A stretch of 8,884 bases of DNA from Caedibacter taeniospiralis. Its GTDB lineage: Bacteria > Pseudomonadota > Gammaproteobacteria > Francisellales > Francisellaceae. The notes below the pieces were generated by a model. That model had not been told where the DNA came from. It made no database searches and saw nothing but the letters and a program-made list of their open reading frames with translations. The translations under genes and the position numbers were made by a program. The stretch covers positions 119,602 through 128,485 of the forward strand of contig NZ_PGGB02000001.1 of the NCBI RefSeq assembly GCF_002803295.2. Direction: 5' to 3'. Shown one piece after another: positions 7,067 through 8,884 of the stretch; within the stretch, counting starts at the first letter, position 1; each line of letters opens with the position of its first letter.

Positions 7067-8096
7067 ATCCGATTACCTCAATTTTAATGTGTTGTTGATG
7101 TAAGAAACTAAGGGCTTTTTCCCATTGCTCTTTTTCCCCGAGCATATGGCAAATAGTGACGCCCACAGACTGCGCCTGAATACGTTCAATATTGCCTTGG
7201 ATAAGGTTGCACGCTACTTTGAATTTACTATTGAGTTCGGCAATGACTGGAGTGCTTATACTGTCACCTAAAAAGGTCATTTTAACAACAGGTGTCAGAT
7301 GTGCCTCCGCATAAGGATCTTTATGTAGTTTACGTTCAATCTCATCAGGAAGCTTTAAGTGCATGCTTTTTTCGGTAAAGCTTTTGGCAATCGCCGTCTT
7401 GGGATTTAAGAATAGCTCAGTTACCGAACCTGTTTCCTGAATCAACCCATCTTCAATAATCGCCACCTGATCGCATATTTTACGAATGACATCCATTTCA
7501 TGTGTGATTAAGACAATCGTAAGATGAAGCTGTTCATTGAGTTTTTTCAAAAGCTGCAAAATCTGATCGGTTGTTTCAGGATCCAAAGAGGAGGTTGCTT
7601 CATCGCATAAAAGAGCAACGGGGTCACAAGCAAGTGCTCGGGCAATGGCTACACGCTGCTTTTGTCCGCCACTTAACTCATCAGGATAAGCGTGGGCTTT
7701 TTGATCCAGACCTACAAGACTAAGTAGCTCGTTGACTTTAGCATTGATTTTAGCGCGACTGGCGTGTTGCAGCTCAAGCGGGAAGGCGACATTGTCAAAT
7801 ACTGTGCGTGAGGATAAGAGATTGAAATGTTGAAAAATCATGCCAATCTTTTGCCGTGCTTTTCTGAGCTTTTCCGCAGAAAGCTTGGTTATATCCTGGT
7901 TATTAATGAGGACATGACCTTCAGTTGGCTGCTCAAGCAAGTTGATACAGCGGATCAGCGTGCTTTTCCCTGCGCCACTCTTACCAATAATGCCAAAAAT
8001 TTCACCGCTTTTAACGCTAAGGTTAATTCCCCTTAAGGCAATATGGTGACTGTGTTTGCTTAGATATTCTTTTTTGAGGTTCTGAATCTCGATCAT
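7044..8096 (-). CDS. metN: Methionine import ATP-binding protein MetN (ABC ATPase with C-terminal NIL regulatory domain)
   Basis: Walker A is GKSGAGKST, followed by IGMIFQHFNLLSSRTVF. The ABC signature is LSGGQKQRVAIARAL, Walker B is LLCDEATSSLD and the H-loop is ITHEM. The C-terminal ~100 aa are NIL-domain-like and end in IEVIGY. It aligns with E. coli MetN from MIEIQNL (ATG at 8096), with AAGGAG 12 nt upstream. The track ORF start at 8120 is a GTG with no SD. Confidence 0.92.
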   Translation of the reverse strand: MIEIQNLKKEYLSKHSHHIALRGINLSVKSGEIFGIIGKSGAGKSTLIRCINLLEQPTEGHVLINNQDITKLSAEKLRKARQKIGMIFQHFNLLSSRTVFDNVAFPLELQHASRAKINAKVNELLSLVGLDQKAHAYPDELSGGQKQRVAIARALACDPVALLCDEATSSLDPETTDQILQLLKKLNEQLHLTIVLITHEMDVIRKICDQVAIIEDGLIQETGSVTELFLNPKTAIAKSFTEKSMHLKLPDEIERKLHKDPYAEAHLTPVVKMTFLGDSISTPVIAELNSKFKVACNLIQGNIERIQAQSVGVTICHMLGEKEQWEKALSFLHQQHIKIEVIGYAAIDAF

Positions 8097-8293
8097 TTTT
8101 TGTTTCCACTCCTTTTGCACAGCGCATCAGAAGAATCATATTAGCAATATTCTAAAGCATGAGGAATCACAAGGTATAAAAAAAATAGATGTCATTGAAA
8201 AGTCTGATTATCCCATTTGATTTTACAAGATTTATGCTAAGCTGTTTCCTCCTAATAACTTCACCAACAAAGAGATATGGGCTGGCGTATAAA
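8097..8293. promoter_or_regulatory. Divergent intergenic control region between metN (-) and the LysE-family gene (+); individual promoter elements not resolved
   Basis: Two genes diverge from this 197-bp AT-rich spacer, so it must carry both promoters. It contains the imperfect palindrome AGAAT-N12-ATTCT (8132-8153), a minus-strand TAGAAT hexamer inside that palindrome, and an A8 run (8178-8185). Confidence 0.4.
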
Positions 8294-8884
8294 ATGTTAA
8301 TAGCTGCATTGTTAAGTTTATTGTTGCTGCAAATGCTGGGACTCATGTTACCAGGTCCTGATTTTTTTATGGTCCTTAGAGCATCCATTCGATATGGACG
8401 AAACCCCGCGGCACTTGTGGCTCTTGGCATTGCCAGTGGCGTTCTGGTTTATGCAACCCTTGTTGTACTTCTCCTGGATTATTTGAGTGACAACTTTTTA
8501 GTGGTGGTGCACTGGATTGCGCTGTTTGGTGGTTGCTATCTGCTTTATATTGCCTATCACTGCTTTCGTGCATCAAAGGGGAAACATTCGTTAGAGGAAG
8601 CTCAAGGTGGCGAAGTAAAGATTTCAAAGCGTCATCTGTGGAGCTTGGGTCTTTTTTGTAATTTATCCAATCCCAAAGTCATCGTCTTCTTTGTCAGTCT
8701 GTTGCCACTATTTGTGTTAAAGTCATCGGCACTTTGGTATCACCTGACCATTTTAGCTGTGATGTTTTTAAGCACGCTTATATGGTTTAGTTTCGTAGCT
8801 TATGTAATGGGTTCAGGGCGTGTGCGTGCTGTTTTTGTTAAGCATATGGCACAACTTGAGATCGTTTTTGCCGTAATTTTGACT
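8294..8884 (+). CDS. LysE/RhtB-family amino-acid exporter, closest by eye to the RhtC (threonine efflux) type. It is 3'-truncated by the window edge; 197 codons are visible.
   Basis: This is my own translation, as the ORF is not in the supplied track. It reads MLIAALLSLLLLQMLGLMLPGPDFFMVLRASIRYGRNPAALVALGIASGVLVY...FGGCYLLYIAYHCFRAS...LWSLGLFCNLSNPKVIVFFVSLLPLFV... The frame is open to the last base. The PGPDFF and NLxNPK motifs and the spacing of hydrophobic segments parallel E. coli RhtC (206 aa). An ATG at 8294 puts 19 aa before PGPD, as in RhtC. An in-frame upstream ATG at 8234 is less likely. Confidence 0.85.
   Translation, partial: MLIAALLSLLLLQMLGLMLPGPDFFMVLRASIRYGRNPAALVALGIASGVLVYATLVVLLLDYLSDNFLVVVHWIALFGGCYLLYIAYHCFRASKGKHSLEEAQGGEVKISKRHLWSLGLFCNLSNPKVIVFFVSLLPLFVLKSSALWYHLTILAVMFLSTLIWFSFVAYVMGSGRVRAVFVKHMAQLEIVFAVILT

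Noticed and set aside
7827-8036. 69-aa + strand ORF
   Set aside because: It is antisense within metN across the Walker A and Q-loop region.
8187-8194. MetJ-box-like octamer AGATGTCA
   Set aside because: It is a single 6/8 match. MetJ operators need two or more tandem 8-bp boxes, and the adjacent octamers do not match.
8246-8252. Strong Shine-Dalgarno-like GGAGGAA on the minus strand in the metN/LysE spacer
   Set aside because: No ATG, GTG or TTG lies at a usable distance downstream on that strand. On the + strand it is simply a CCUCC stretch in the exporter leader.
8167-8627. Two minus-strand ORFs (8167-8430 and 8376-8627)
   Set aside because: Both are antisense to the + strand LysE/RhtC-like gene, which has clear family motifs. 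They have no motifs of their own.

Overview
This window holds mostly core amino-acid and peptide nutrition genes from an AT-rich gammaproteobacterium. By eye the proteins align closely with E. coli Tdh, Kbl, MetN, MetI, MetQ and RhtC. A Legionellales-like origin is only my guess. Gene order: 1-132 (+) is the tail of a PDDEXK_9-like nuclease-family gene. 185-1606 (-) is a POT-family peptide:H+ symporter. 1750-2916 (-) is a stand-alone AAA+ ATPase of the COG1373/DUF4143 type with a C-terminal PD-(D/E)XK-like motif. 3028-3065 is a REP-like palindrome. 3141-4190 (-) is tdh and 4230-5423 (-) is kbl, in the conserved kbl-tdh operon order. 5606-7066 (-) is metI fused in frame to metQ. 7044-8096 (-) is metN. 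8294 to beyond 8884 (+) is an RhtC-like LysE-family exporter; it is missing from the supplied ORF track because it runs off the window. I saw no rRNA, tRNA, CRISPR array, transposase or integrase. I do not see a convincing multi-gene undescribed system. The best candidate for accessory or uncharacterised biology is the orphan ATPase-nuclease gene with its REP-bearing upstream spacer. The most unusual core feature is the MetI-MetQ fusion, in which a degenerate lipoprotein signal peptide appears reused as a transmembrane tether. For three genes (kbl, tdh, metN) the start I favour is shorter than the longest ORF in the track.
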